Origin: a virus
Reading direction: 5' to 3' (one strand)
IMG/VR virus record: IMGVR_UViG_3300035034_001742
Location: 15,522-79,521 of that record
DNA length: 64,000 bases
Position 1 is the first letter of the stretch, and the number at the start of each line of letters is the position of its first letter. The translations under genes and the position numbers were made by a program. The notes beneath the pieces are model-generated. The model searched no databases. It was not told where the DNA came from and saw only the letters and a list, made by a program, of their open reading frames with translations. Shown here piece by piece: positions 51,059-58,784 of this stretch.

Positions 51059-51170
51059 ACAGCTTACAGCTAGCGTGCAACACAACGTGTACAGTTACAC
51101 GCTAGCAAACACGCGCAATAATGCGCACACAACGTTGCAACACTAGCAACTACAAAAAAGGCAATACACT

Positions 51171-51422
51171 ATGCAATTTACAAAGTATATGTTTACTCCT
51201 AACTCGCACAACACTGCACTTACGCTTCCGCTAGGCACTCCTATCATGAATGACGACATAGGACTATTCTTGCAAGACGGCCCTTGTCAAGCAGACGTAG
51301 CGCAGTTTATTGTTAATAAACAGGGCCTCATAGAGGGGTTTATTATAGACAATAAAAGTGCGCACTTGCAAACAGTTAAAAACGTGTTTAAAAGTATTAT
51401 AGCTAGCAAAAAGCGTGCTTAA
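51171..51422 (+). CDS. Hypothetical protein
   Basis: AAGG SD, ACACT-ATG, promoter at 51006-51033. Confidence 0.7.
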   Translation: MQFTKYMFTPNSHNTALTLPLGTPIMNDDIGLFLQDGPCQADVAQFIVNKQGLIEGFIIDNKSAHLQTVKNVFKSIIASKKRA

Positions 51423-51498
51423 TTAAATGCAAATAGTGCTTGCAATGTGCAAGCACTGTGTTACAATACACTACACTAACAAAAAGGAAGCAAACACT

Positions 51499-51747
51499 AT
51501 GCGCGAATATTTTACTTTTAAGCAAGACTGCGATGCATACAACTTAGCAGGCATTGCAATGGGCGGCACTGGGTTTTATAGTGACTGCGACAGCATATTT
51601 AACGATGCGCAAACAGACGACGAAGACGAAGACGTTGCAAGCTTTAACTTAACACTAATTGACGGTGTTTATGTAGCAGAAGGGGTGTATATAAAAGACA
51701 GCTACAAGCAAGCACTGTTAACACTGTTTAAGCACATAATAGCGTAA
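51499..51747 (+). CDS. Hypothetical acidic protein
   Basis: AAGGA SD, ACACT-ATG (start moved to MREYF), promoter at 51440-51467. Confidence 0.75.
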   Translation: MREYFTFKQDCDAYNLAGIAMGGTGFYSDCDSIFNDAQTDDEDEDVASFNLTLIDGVYVAEGVYIKDSYKQALLTLFKHIIA

Positions 51748-51789
51748 CATTTAGCAAATAGTGCTTGCACATTGCAAGCACTAACTTTG

Positions 51790-52775
51790 CAATACTTTTG
51801 CGAAGCATTTTTGCGAAACACAGGTTGCGGTACAGGTTTGCGAAACAGGTTTGCTAGGCGTGGTACAGGGGCAAGCGCAACAGGCCGGACAGTATTCCAA
51901 AACCAAGAACCAAAAACAAAAAACCAAAAACAAGGTTGTGTTTTAGAATTACTTTTAGTGCAACAAGTTTCAAGTAAACAATTAGGATTGGCGTGTGGTT
52001 TCCGCAATCAGAGAACAGGAGTAGTGACCCAGACTTTGTTATCCTAAAATGTTATCACAAGCGGCGGTTGCTTTCATGGTGTGGCAAACGTGGCTTGTGT
52101 TTTATTCTACTTGCTTGGTTTTGTTAACCAAGCGTCAACGGCAGTTCGCACGCGCTCTTTTCGCAAGACAGGAACGGTAGCGAACTGCTTTTTTTTGGGT
52201 CCACGATCTGGCCTGCCATGTTGTCCACCTGTGCCGTTTTGGTTTACACTTCTGTCCCGCCCATCCTCGCACCACGATCTGGCCTGCCATTCTGGTTACT
52301 GGTTGGGGTTACTGGTAACGCCTGTCCAGTCGCCGTCTAAGACGGGCATCCGCCTGTGCCGTTTGGCTGTGCCGTTCTGCTTTCCACTTCTGCCTCGCGC
52401 GTTTGGAATACTAACGGCGGCACAGGCGTTTGCCTTGCCCGTTTGTCTGCCGCTGTGTGTCTGTGTGCTTGTGTGCTGTGCGGTATCAACCTCCTGACCC
52501 AAGTGTAAGCTGATCAAGAGATTGTGGTACACAAGCTGATTGCGAGTGTTACCAGAACCACACCCACCGCTCGTCTCTCAAGGCGCCCGCGTCTATAGGC
52601 AAATTTTGGAGACAACTCTGCGAAATTTCTGTGAGGTTTTGGTTTGAAGATCGCAACTGGAATTTTGCGAAGGTGAATCTGGTGCGAGGATCTGGTCCCG
52701 GCAAGTGGACAGAAAGAGGTACCACTGGGAAGTTTTAAATGAGCGAGGCCCCTTCCCGGAGGTGGGGTTTGTTAC
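51790..52775 (-). ncRNA. Candidate large structured ncRNA or structured cis-element (boundaries approximate)
   Basis: Promoter at 52780-52808 with no RBS-led ORF downstream; several long-range inverted repeats and a 19-bp direct repeat. Confidence 0.4.
52141..52196 (+). terminator. Hairpin GCAGTTCGC...GCGAACTGC followed by T8
   Basis: 9-bp stem with a large structured loop and a T-tract. Confidence 0.45.
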
Positions 52776-52823
52776 TATAATTGTAACACAATGGATGCCT
52801 GGTTGCAACCTTTTTTAAACGGG

Positions 52824-52851
52824 AAAAAACGCTTGCAAGCGCAAGCGTTTT
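52824..52851 (-). terminator. Intrinsic terminator
   Basis: AAAAAACGCTTGC-aagc-GCAAGCGTTTT after the stop at 52855. Confidence 0.8.
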
Positions 52852-52854
52852 GTG

Positions 52855-53028
52855 TTAGTGACTGGCTTTAATAACTATTCTATTTTTAACTATTATGTTG
52901 ACAAGCTTGCTTTTATATGTTGCAGTGTAGTGCATCTCGTCGCCGTCGCCACAGCGCATTTTGTTTGTGTAAACTAAATTGCTGTAGTTTGCTAAGTTTT
53001 TACGTGTTGCTGTTTTAGTTGCTTGCAT
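52855..53028 (-). CDS. Hypothetical protein (57 aa)
   Basis: GGA SD, ACACT-ATG, own promoter; start moved to MQATK. Confidence 0.65.
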   Translation of the reverse strand: MQATKTATRKNLANYSNLVYTNKMRCGDGDEMHYTATYKSKLVNIIVKNRIVIKASH

Positions 53029-53112
53029 AGTGTTTGCATCCGTTTTGTTAATGTGCGTACAGTATAGCACAATGCTTGCAATGTGCAAGCATTGTTTGCA
53101 TTTTATTTTAAA

Positions 53113-53388
53113 TTAATACACTAGCACAAGTCCCTCTTCTTCTAGTTCTTCGTATAGCTCTTCCCACAGCATAGTGTCAAGCTCTAGTTTTATGCACGTT
53201 TTAATGTCGTCAGCGTTAATGTCGCCGCTGTTAACTGTTACAATGCTGTCTTCTAGCTCTACGTCTGCGTTAGCAGTGTTTACAAGCATGCTGTACGTTT
53301 GTAGCAGTGTAATGCCGTCTTCAATAAACCCGTTTGTAATGTTAGCTTGCGCTTTGTTAAAAACTGTTTGTAATGTTATTTGTAACAT
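53113..53388 (-). CDS. Hypothetical acidic protein
   Basis: GGGA SD, ACACT-ATG, own promoter; acidic C-terminus. Confidence 0.7.
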   Translation of the reverse strand: MLQITLQTVFNKAQANITNGFIEDGITLLQTYSMLVNTANADVELEDSIVTVNSGDINADDIKTCIKLELDTMLWEELYEELEEEGLVLVY

Positions 53389-53490
53389 AGTGTGCATCCC
53401 GTTTTGTATAACTGTTTAAGTGTGTGTAGTGTAACACACTGTTAGCGCATTGCAAGCTTTAATTTGCTTGCTAGCTAGTTAATGCGTTTT

Positions 53491-53813
53491 GCTTGTTTGC
53501 TTTAACTTGTGTATATAATAGCACGTTGCTACTGTATTGCAAGCATTATTTGCATTTATTTTTTAAACGAATACTTGCTAATGAACTTAGGAATTTAATG
53601 TCCATGTTAGCAATTTGTTGCAAAAAAGTGTTGTCAGCAGTGTCAAGCACATTATTTACAAAAATAGTGTCCTCTGCGCTCAGTGTCGTTTTTGCGCCCA
53701 TGTTCTTGCGTAGCCAATTAGCCTTTTGTGTTAGTGTCATGTTGTTCTCGCTTGTTTGCTTTAACTTGTGTGTATAATAGCACGTTGCTACTGTATTGCA
53801 AGCACTATTTGCA
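53491..53813 (+). repeat. 64-bp direct repeat (53491-53554 / 53750-53813; 62/64 identical) containing a promoter
   Basis: Direct comparison; flanks ORF 53546-53740. Confidence 0.9.
53546..53740 (-). CDS. Hypothetical protein (64 aa)
   Basis: Own promoter; leader AACAAGCGAGAACAAC shared with the gene starting at 54180. Confidence 0.65.
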   Translation of the reverse strand: MTLTQKANWLRKNMGAKTTLSAEDTIFVNNVLDTADNTFLQQIANMDIKFLSSLASIRLKNKCK

Positions 53814-53842
53814 AAAAGAATAGAATTATTTTTACTGGAATT

Positions 53843-54034
53843 TTACTGGAAGGCGTTGCGGAAAGGTGGGCGGCGTGACATGAACTTGCGGGCGGCGATT
53901 AAACTTAATTCCGCTTCTAGCCCATTTATTTTAGTTCTTATCTCGCCGATTTTTTCTACGTTGTTGCGGGAGACAGCCCACGCCAAATCTTCTCGGCACT
54001 GATAAATTTGTCCGATCAGTTCGTGGCTCCCCAT
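53843..54034 (-). CDS. Hypothetical helical protein
   Basis: TAATG coupling to the upstream ORF; GGAG SD. Confidence 0.6.
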   Translation of the reverse strand: MGSHELIGQIYQCREDLAWAVSRNNVEKIGEIRTKINGLEAELSLIAARKFMSRRPPFRNAFQ

Positions 54035-54180
54035 TAGAAGCTCTCCTCAATTTCTCTTGACAACTCTTCTACTTCCATGTACAGTTCTTCAGCTTCACCC
54101 TGGTTGCCTTCCTGGATTGCAATTTCGAGTGCTTCGGTAAGTTCTTCCATTCGCTTTTGTAACTGTGTGCTTCGCGTCAT
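54034..54180 (-). CDS. Small highly acidic helical protein (48 aa)
   Basis: Start moved to MTRST, downstream of the promoter at 54209-54237. Confidence 0.65.
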   Translation of the reverse strand: MTRSTQLQKRMEELTEALEIAIQEGNQGEAEELYMEVEELSREIEESF

Positions 54181-54239
54181 GTTGTTCTCGCTTGTTGTTT
54201 GTGTGTACAGTATAACAGTGGTCACTATCACTGTCTACC

Positions 54240-54476
54240 TTAATCTGAAATATCTTCTAGGCGAACCATTATCTCATTGCGAGTGTAATCAATGGACGTT
54301 TCTGTTACAGTGGCCTGCACTTTGACCAGCACCAGCATTTCAGGGTCGTCGCCCAGTGGCAGCTTTACTATTATGTCACACCCCACTGGTGGTATGACTG
54401 GTATGGTGCGTGTGGTATACTCGCACCTTGACAAGCTTTTCTCGTCTTGCCATACAAATCGTGTTTTTGTTTTCAT
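54240..54476 (-). CDS. Hypothetical protein
   Basis: AGGA SD, own promoter. Confidence 0.65.
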   Translation of the reverse strand: MKTKTRFVWQDEKSLSRCEYTTRTIPVIPPVGCDIIVKLPLGDDPEMLVLVKVQATVTETSIDYTRNEIMVRLEDISD

Positions 54477-54743
54477 GTTGTGTTCCTGTTGTGTTAACTG
54501 TGTAAAGTGTAACTGGTTTGCACGGGTGTGTCAACCTGTGCTTGCAATCGTGTGCAACATGTCGCACTGTGCAGTATCAAGCAAAGAGTTGCACTGTGCA
54601 GTATCAAAGGCAGGCAGGCCGTTAGGCCTATACAGTAGATTCTGGCACAAGAAGATTAGAAATCAAACCTGTTTTGAGATTGTATTCTCGGTGACCTATT
54701 TTTTCGTGCTAGGTAGATTTCGAGATCTCGAATCACAACTCGT

Positions 54744-54771
54744 AAAAAAAGGTTGCACTGTGGCAACCTTT
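54744..54771 (-). terminator. Intrinsic terminator
   Basis: A7-GGTTGC-actgtg-GCAACC-TTT downstream of 54791. Confidence 0.75.
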
Positions 54772-54790
54772 GTTGTAGCTTGTTGCGCTG

Positions 54791-55426
54791 TTAGACGCGT
54801 CTGCGTAACAGTAGCATGCTACCTAGGCTCAGCAGTCCTAGTGTGGCCGGTGCTGATACTTCAACTGGTGGTGTATCACTTGCTCGGCTTATCGATGAAT
54901 GTGTACCGTGCATCTCAATTTCTTTTAATCGGAAGTCGCCGTCCCAATTCAACCAAGGTTGGTTCTTGGTATTAGTGACAAAGAACTTAGCGTTGATAAC
55001 ATTTGCAAAGCTGCCGGCGCTCTTGTTCACTTCAATGTCATCGATGTCAAAGAACTTGAAGTTCCAAGATTTAATGTCATGATGAATTGGTTTGTGTGAT
55101 GTGATGTCCCACTCCTTGTGGAATACAATGTCGATCACAATCGGATCGTGACTTATACTGCTACCTGCATTGCCAAGTGCTATGCAACTTCCCCACTGAT
55201 TATGATCGGTACAGCTCAAGTCACGATCGAAGTTGATGCCTGTTTTGTCCTTCTGATCGAACAACTCACCCCATTGTTCGTGCTTACCTATGCTCCAGCC
55301 GCCGCCAGTCTTTGTAATTTTACTGGCGCCGAAGTCGATGTCGTTGCTACCTATGATACTGGCTTGTGCCGCCGCCATGCTTACCATGAGGCCGATTGTT
55401 AATGCGCATTTTCTTAAACTTTTCAT
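54791..55426 (-). CDS. Secreted protein with PEP-CTERM-like C-terminal sorting signal
   Basis: Signal peptide ending AAAQA/SII; C-terminus VSAPATLGLLSLGSMLLLRRRV (motif, TM helix, Arg cluster); AGGAG SD. Confidence 0.8.
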   Translation of the reverse strand: MKSLRKCALTIGLMVSMAAAQASIIGSNDIDFGASKITKTGGGWSIGKHEQWGELFDQKDKTGINFDRDLSCTDHNQWGSCIALGNAGSSISHDPIVIDIVFHKEWDITSHKPIHHDIKSWNFKFFDIDDIEVNKSAGSFANVINAKFFVTNTKNQPWLNWDGDFRLKEIEMHGTHSSISRASDTPPVEVSAPATLGLLSLGSMLLLRRRV

Positions 55427-55509
55427 ATTTGTCTCCTGGACTGTGTGTGTTCGTTTCGTTTCTTTGCTTAACTTGTGCTTAGTATACAGTGTTTACTCTG
55501 TGTGTCTAC

Positions 55510-55983
55510 CTATTTCCTAAATAATCTCAAAACAATAATGGTTGCAATGGCTCCAACAAACAAGTATAATGTGACTGGTGCCGATACTTCCACAGGGTCT
55601 CCCAGTGAGCCGGGTGTGTCGTAAAAGCCTGCTCCGGGTCCAAACTGCTGTTCGAAGTTGGTTGGCTCATCAAACTGGTATAGGCCTGTTGGTGCACCGT
55701 TGCATGGCAACACTCCCGTCATGCCACGTTCCTTGAAGCGTTGGATGTCTTGTGGTTCACAAGCCTTGGGTTGGTTCATTGGTATGCTGTCGGGGTCAGC
55801 AAGTGGCGCATACATCGGAACATACACAATTGTATTCTGACCGGGTCCAGCACCAACAGCACCGATGGCATCGCATTGGCCACCTCCGCCTATCCCGCCA
55901 CAGCATCTCCACAGGAGCCATATTATAATGGCTACCATGATCATCATGCTTGTTTTATAGAACTTATCAAATTTACGTTGCAT
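55510..55983 (-). CDS. Membrane/secreted protein with PEP-CTERM-like C-terminus
   Basis: N-terminal TM; Gly/Pro-rich middle; C-terminus PVEVSAPVTLYLFVGAIATIIVLRLFRK. Confidence 0.65.
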   Translation of the reverse strand: MQRKFDKFYKTSMMIMVAIIIWLLWRCCGGIGGGGQCDAIGAVGAGPGQNTIVYVPMYAPLADPDSIPMNQPKACEPQDIQRFKERGMTGVLPCNGAPTGLYQFDEPTNFEQQFGPGAGFYDTPGSLGDPVEVSAPVTLYLFVGAIATIIVLRLFRK

Positions 55984-56053
55984 ACGGAATTTCCTCTAGT
56001 GTGCGTAGTATACACGGAATGGTTGCTCAATGTCAACCATTCCTTTTTATTAC

Positions 56054-56314
56054 TTAGTCAGCGTTCTCATCAAACAGCCTTCTATCGTATCTTGTTAACC
56101 AACCGTTGTTGCCGCGTAGCGCAGTAAGAAACAATTGATCCGTTTCCTTTATGCCAATTACCAACGAGTCGGTGGTTTTAATAACATCGTAGCCGGCTTC
56201 TTTGCATTGCTTGGCAACATTGTTGAGGAACATCTTTTTCCATACACGTGAAGTCGAACGTTCAATGTTGCTGTGCGTTAGTGGTGCTCTGGTTGCTGTG
56301 CTTGTAGTTGTCAT
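56054..56314 (-). CDS. Hypothetical protein
   Basis: AAGGG SD, own promoter. Confidence 0.7.
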   Translation of the reverse strand: MTTTSTATRAPLTHSNIERSTSRVWKKMFLNNVAKQCKEAGYDVIKTTDSLVIGIKETDQLFLTALRGNNGWLTRYDRRLFDENAD

Positions 56315-56420
56315 TTGCTGTGCCCTTTTTGTTTAAATGTTTGTTCGTTTCCTAACTGTTGTGTACAGTATACGCGCGGTTGCCCTCGTTGTCAACATAT
56401 ATTATGAATTAATTTTACTC

Positions 56421-56428
56421 GATAAATA
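56421..56428 (+). promoter_or_regulatory. Late promoter GATAAATA
   Basis: Same octamer as at 1690, 7027 and 21652. Confidence 0.6.
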
Positions 56429-56471
56429 GTGAGTATTATATACAATACCCAACAAGGATGATACCAACGCA

Positions 56472-57146
56472 ATGCTAAACAATCAACAACAAACACCAGA
56501 CGGCATGCATGTGGCCAGCACTGTGCAAGCGAGCAATGTTAACTTCTATCAGCTTATAGTTGCGCTGATTGGCTTTGCAGGTATTGCATTGGCAGCCTAC
56601 TTCGGACTACAGAGTCAGCAGTCTAGCAATCAAACAAACGAGTTATCCGTTTTTATTCAATCACAAATACAAGTGAATGCTAATCAAAATAAAAGGATAG
56701 ACAGGCTCGAAGAAGAGAACAAAGCATTAACAAAACTCAACACAATGCAATCAATACAACTTGCAAACATGACAGCCAGAGACCAGTCGAGAAGGAAGCC
56801 TAGTCAAATATATGCAGACTTTGTGATAGGAATGCCTATACCAGCATGGATCAAAGGCCCGGGTCCGGACAATACATTTGTCATGATTCAGATCAATGCC
56901 GAGTTTACTGCACGTTACGGACGCACACAAGAAGAGTACAAAGGGAATACTGACTTTGACTTTTTTCCAAAGGATTTAGCGGAAGGATACCAAGCAATTG
57001 ATAGAGAAGTTGTAAGAACTGGCGCACCTGCTATCACACAAGAGTATACCTTAATTAATGGAGTACGGACACTGGAAACAAGCATCAAGTTTAGAGTCAT
57101 GCTTGAAAATGGAGTGTGGGGAGTGGCAGGGTTTGTATTTCCTTAG
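56472..57146 (+). CDS. Single-pass membrane protein with coiled coil and C-terminal PAS domain
   Basis: TM LIVALIGFAGIALAAYFGL; coiled coil; PAS pattern PAWIK...IN.EF...YG...EEYKG.TDFDFFPKDLAE.Y...DREV..TG.P. Confidence 0.8.
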   Translation: MLNNQQQTPDGMHVASTVQASNVNFYQLIVALIGFAGIALAAYFGLQSQQSSNQTNELSVFIQSQIQVNANQNKRIDRLEEENKALTKLNTMQSIQLANMTARDQSRRKPSQIYADFVIGMPIPAWIKGPGPDNTFVMIQINAEFTARYGRTQEEYKGNTDFDFFPKDLAEGYQAIDREVVRTGAPAITQEYTLINGVRTLETSIKFRVMLENGVWGVAGFVFP

Positions 57147-57162
57147 CACACTACAGTATAAC

Positions 57163-57192
57163 AAAAAGGTAGCACTTGTGCTACCTTTTTTT
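57163..57192. terminator. Bidirectional intrinsic terminator
   Basis: AAAAAGGTAGCAC-tt-GTGCTACC-T7. Confidence 0.85.
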
Positions 57193-57281
57193 GTCTTCTT
57201 TATTTCGCATCTTATCCAACTTCCATTTGTAATATCGTTCTCGGACACGAATCCACAGTGTCGGTTTCTTGAGTGGCATGC

Positions 57282-57479
57282 TTACCCCTTACGGATTGTC
57301 TTTAAGCTTTTGCGAAGTCGTCTGTATACTACACGTACTCCCCATAGCATGGTGTATAATGCGAACTGCCAGTATACGAATCGTTTTGTGTCTTTGCGTT
57401 GTGGTGTTTGAAATACTGCATACATCATTCCTACGAACAAATATAATATCAATAACCACACCATTGTTGTCACGGTCAT
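57282..57479 (-). CDS. Small membrane protein
   Basis: AAGGA SD, own promoter, hydrophobic N-terminus and basic tail. Confidence 0.6.
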   Translation of the reverse strand: MTVTTMVWLLILYLFVGMMYAVFQTPQRKDTKRFVYWQFALYTMLWGVRVVYRRLRKSLKTIRKG

Positions 57480-57529
57480 TGTTTTTCCTTTTGGTTATGT
57501 GTACACTATACTACACTTACGCCCACCTG

Positions 57530-57769
57530 TCAACCGAAACTTTGTGCCAGTATCAGTAGTGTTCCACCTATCAATACTGCAACGGTAATTATTCGTGTGT
57601 CAGCTATCATACCTAACTGTGCCCATTCCTGTTGGTCGGTTTTGTAAGCCGTTGCCAGCAGTATACCCGTGCCAAATGCTCCTAGTATCCAATGTACTGC
57701 CATCAACACCAGTACCAATGGAAACAGCACTGACATGACCACAAAGAAGCCAACGTGTGCATCACGCAT
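57530..57769 (-). CDS. Small membrane protein
   Basis: Hydrophobic segments; start moved to MRDAH, overlapping the upstream stop. Confidence 0.5.
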   Translation of the reverse strand: MRDAHVGFFVVMSVLFPLVLVLMAVHWILGAFGTGILLATAYKTDQQEWAQLGMIADTRIITVAVLIGGTLLILAQSFG

Positions 57770-58211
57770 CAAAGTTCTCGTGTCTGTTGTCAAGTCTTTC
57801 TTTGCGTGCTGGGTCGTTGAGGTTCCAGTATCGATCCTTGCAGTTGCCACCACTTTTGCTTTTGGCATTGCTACAGAATACATGTTTTGTATTCTTCTTA
57901 TCGAACTTGCTCTTGCACTGCGGGCATGTTACGGTGTCGCCGACAGCGGCAACCTTGGCACCTTCCAGCAAGTCTGGTCCTGATTTAATTGAGTCTGGAT
58001 TTAGCTCGCGGTACCGTATCACCTTATCGATAGCACGACTGGCGGCAGTGTAGTAACCGTCGTTGCTCAGGTCGTCGTCGCTGTCAACTTTGTTGCCGTA
58101 ACGCTTTTGCATCTGTAACAATCTGGCTTGTGGTACTGTGTGTAATTGTATCAGCTTGTCGCTGATCTCGATACACTCGTCGTCTAGTACTTCTTGATTA
58201 TAGTTTTCCAT
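57762..58211 (-). CDS. Zinc-finger-like protein
   Basis: CPQC...FCSN...GGNCKD; start moved to MENYN. Confidence 0.65.
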   Translation of the reverse strand: MENYNQEVLDDECIEISDKLIQLHTVPQARLLQMQKRYGNKVDSDDDLSNDGYYTAASRAIDKVIRYRELNPDSIKSGPDLLEGAKVAAVGDTVTCPQCKSKFDKKNTKHVFCSNAKSKSGGNCKDRYWNLNDPARKERLDNRHENFDA

Positions 58212-58473
58212 GCTTGCTTGCCTGTAATTTTGTGAGCTCCACTTCGAGCTCTGCTGTGGTAAGTTGATCAAGATCGAAAGGAAAGAAACCTCTGTGGCCG
58301 CGTGCCCTGTATGCACTATCGTACTTTCTTTTCACTATCCAGTGTTCGAACTGCTCGACTGATGCGACTCCTTGGTCCTTCCAAAACTCTGTATCAGTCG
58401 AATGGAATATGTAATCTCCTTCCAGTTTCTTGAATGTGTTTAGTTGCCCGATGTGTACTAGTAAATCTTCCAT
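58198..58473 (-). CDS. Hypothetical protein (paralog of 60609-61034)
   Basis: GGAGG SD; shared W...G...EQ[FY]...T..[EQ]L..EL motif. Confidence 0.7.
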   Translation of the reverse strand: MEDLLVHIGQLNTFKKLEGDYIFHSTDTEFWKDQGVASVEQFEHWIVKRKYDSAYRARGHRGFFPFDLDQLTTAELEVELTKLQASKHGKL

Positions 58474-58526
58474 GATACCTCCGTTTAGAAGATATCATGT
58501 TAACACATCTGCGTTCGGTTGTCGAC

Positions 58527-58784
58527 CTATTTGTCATAACGCAATAGCAAACCGCTTGCTATTATCGTTACTGCCAGTGCCGCACACCCCAGCCAAACCT
58601 CTGCCTGCGATGCTGTGAACGCAGGTAGCTTGACCTTTGCAAGTACAGTCAGCGCCGTTGCACCACCGTACACCGCAAGTATAAACAACACAACTGCGGC
58701 ACCCCTTGGCATATCAACGTCTTCGCAGATGATTCGCTTAGGTGGTGGCTTTGGTGGCTTTGGCGTGTTCACGTGATCTTTCAT
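58527..58784 (-). CDS. Small membrane protein
   Basis: AAGGA SD; Pro-rich N-terminus and two TM segments. Confidence 0.6.
   Translation of the reverse strand: MKDHVNTPKPPKPPPKRIICEDVDMPRGAAVVLFILAVYGGATALTVLAKVKLPAFTASQAEVWLGCAALAVTIIASGLLLRYDK

Larger units (their letters stand above)
49881..51159. other. Compositional island with no GA, TC, GG or CC dinucleotide
   Basis: Read line by line: last GG at 49879-49880, next GG at 51160-51161, and no GA/TC/GG/CC between them. Confidence 0.95.

Noticed and set aside
49881-51159. General restriction-site (palindrome) avoidance as the explanation for the island
   Set aside because: GCGC, AGCT, GTAC, TGCA, ACGT, CATG and AAGCTT are present or abundant; only GR/YC-containing sites are missing
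49881-51159. UV-dimer avoidance or simple low-complexity repeat
   Set aside because: TT and CT dipyrimidines are abundant and the sequence is not tandemly repetitive; a YC-specific mutational process remains possible
51702-52808. ORFs 51702-52007, 51772-52047, 52081-52497, 52296-52532 and 52593-52808
   Set aside because: No convincing RBS, overlap promoters or hairpins, and odd composition; treated as non-coding
52201-54607. CRISPR array suggested by short direct repeats (52201/52272, 53491/53750, 54564/54591)
   Set aside because: Only two copies of each, irregular spacing, and no cas genes in the window
54292-54975. 227-aa plus-strand ORF
   Set aside because: Overlaps two better-supported minus-strand genes, a promoter and a terminator
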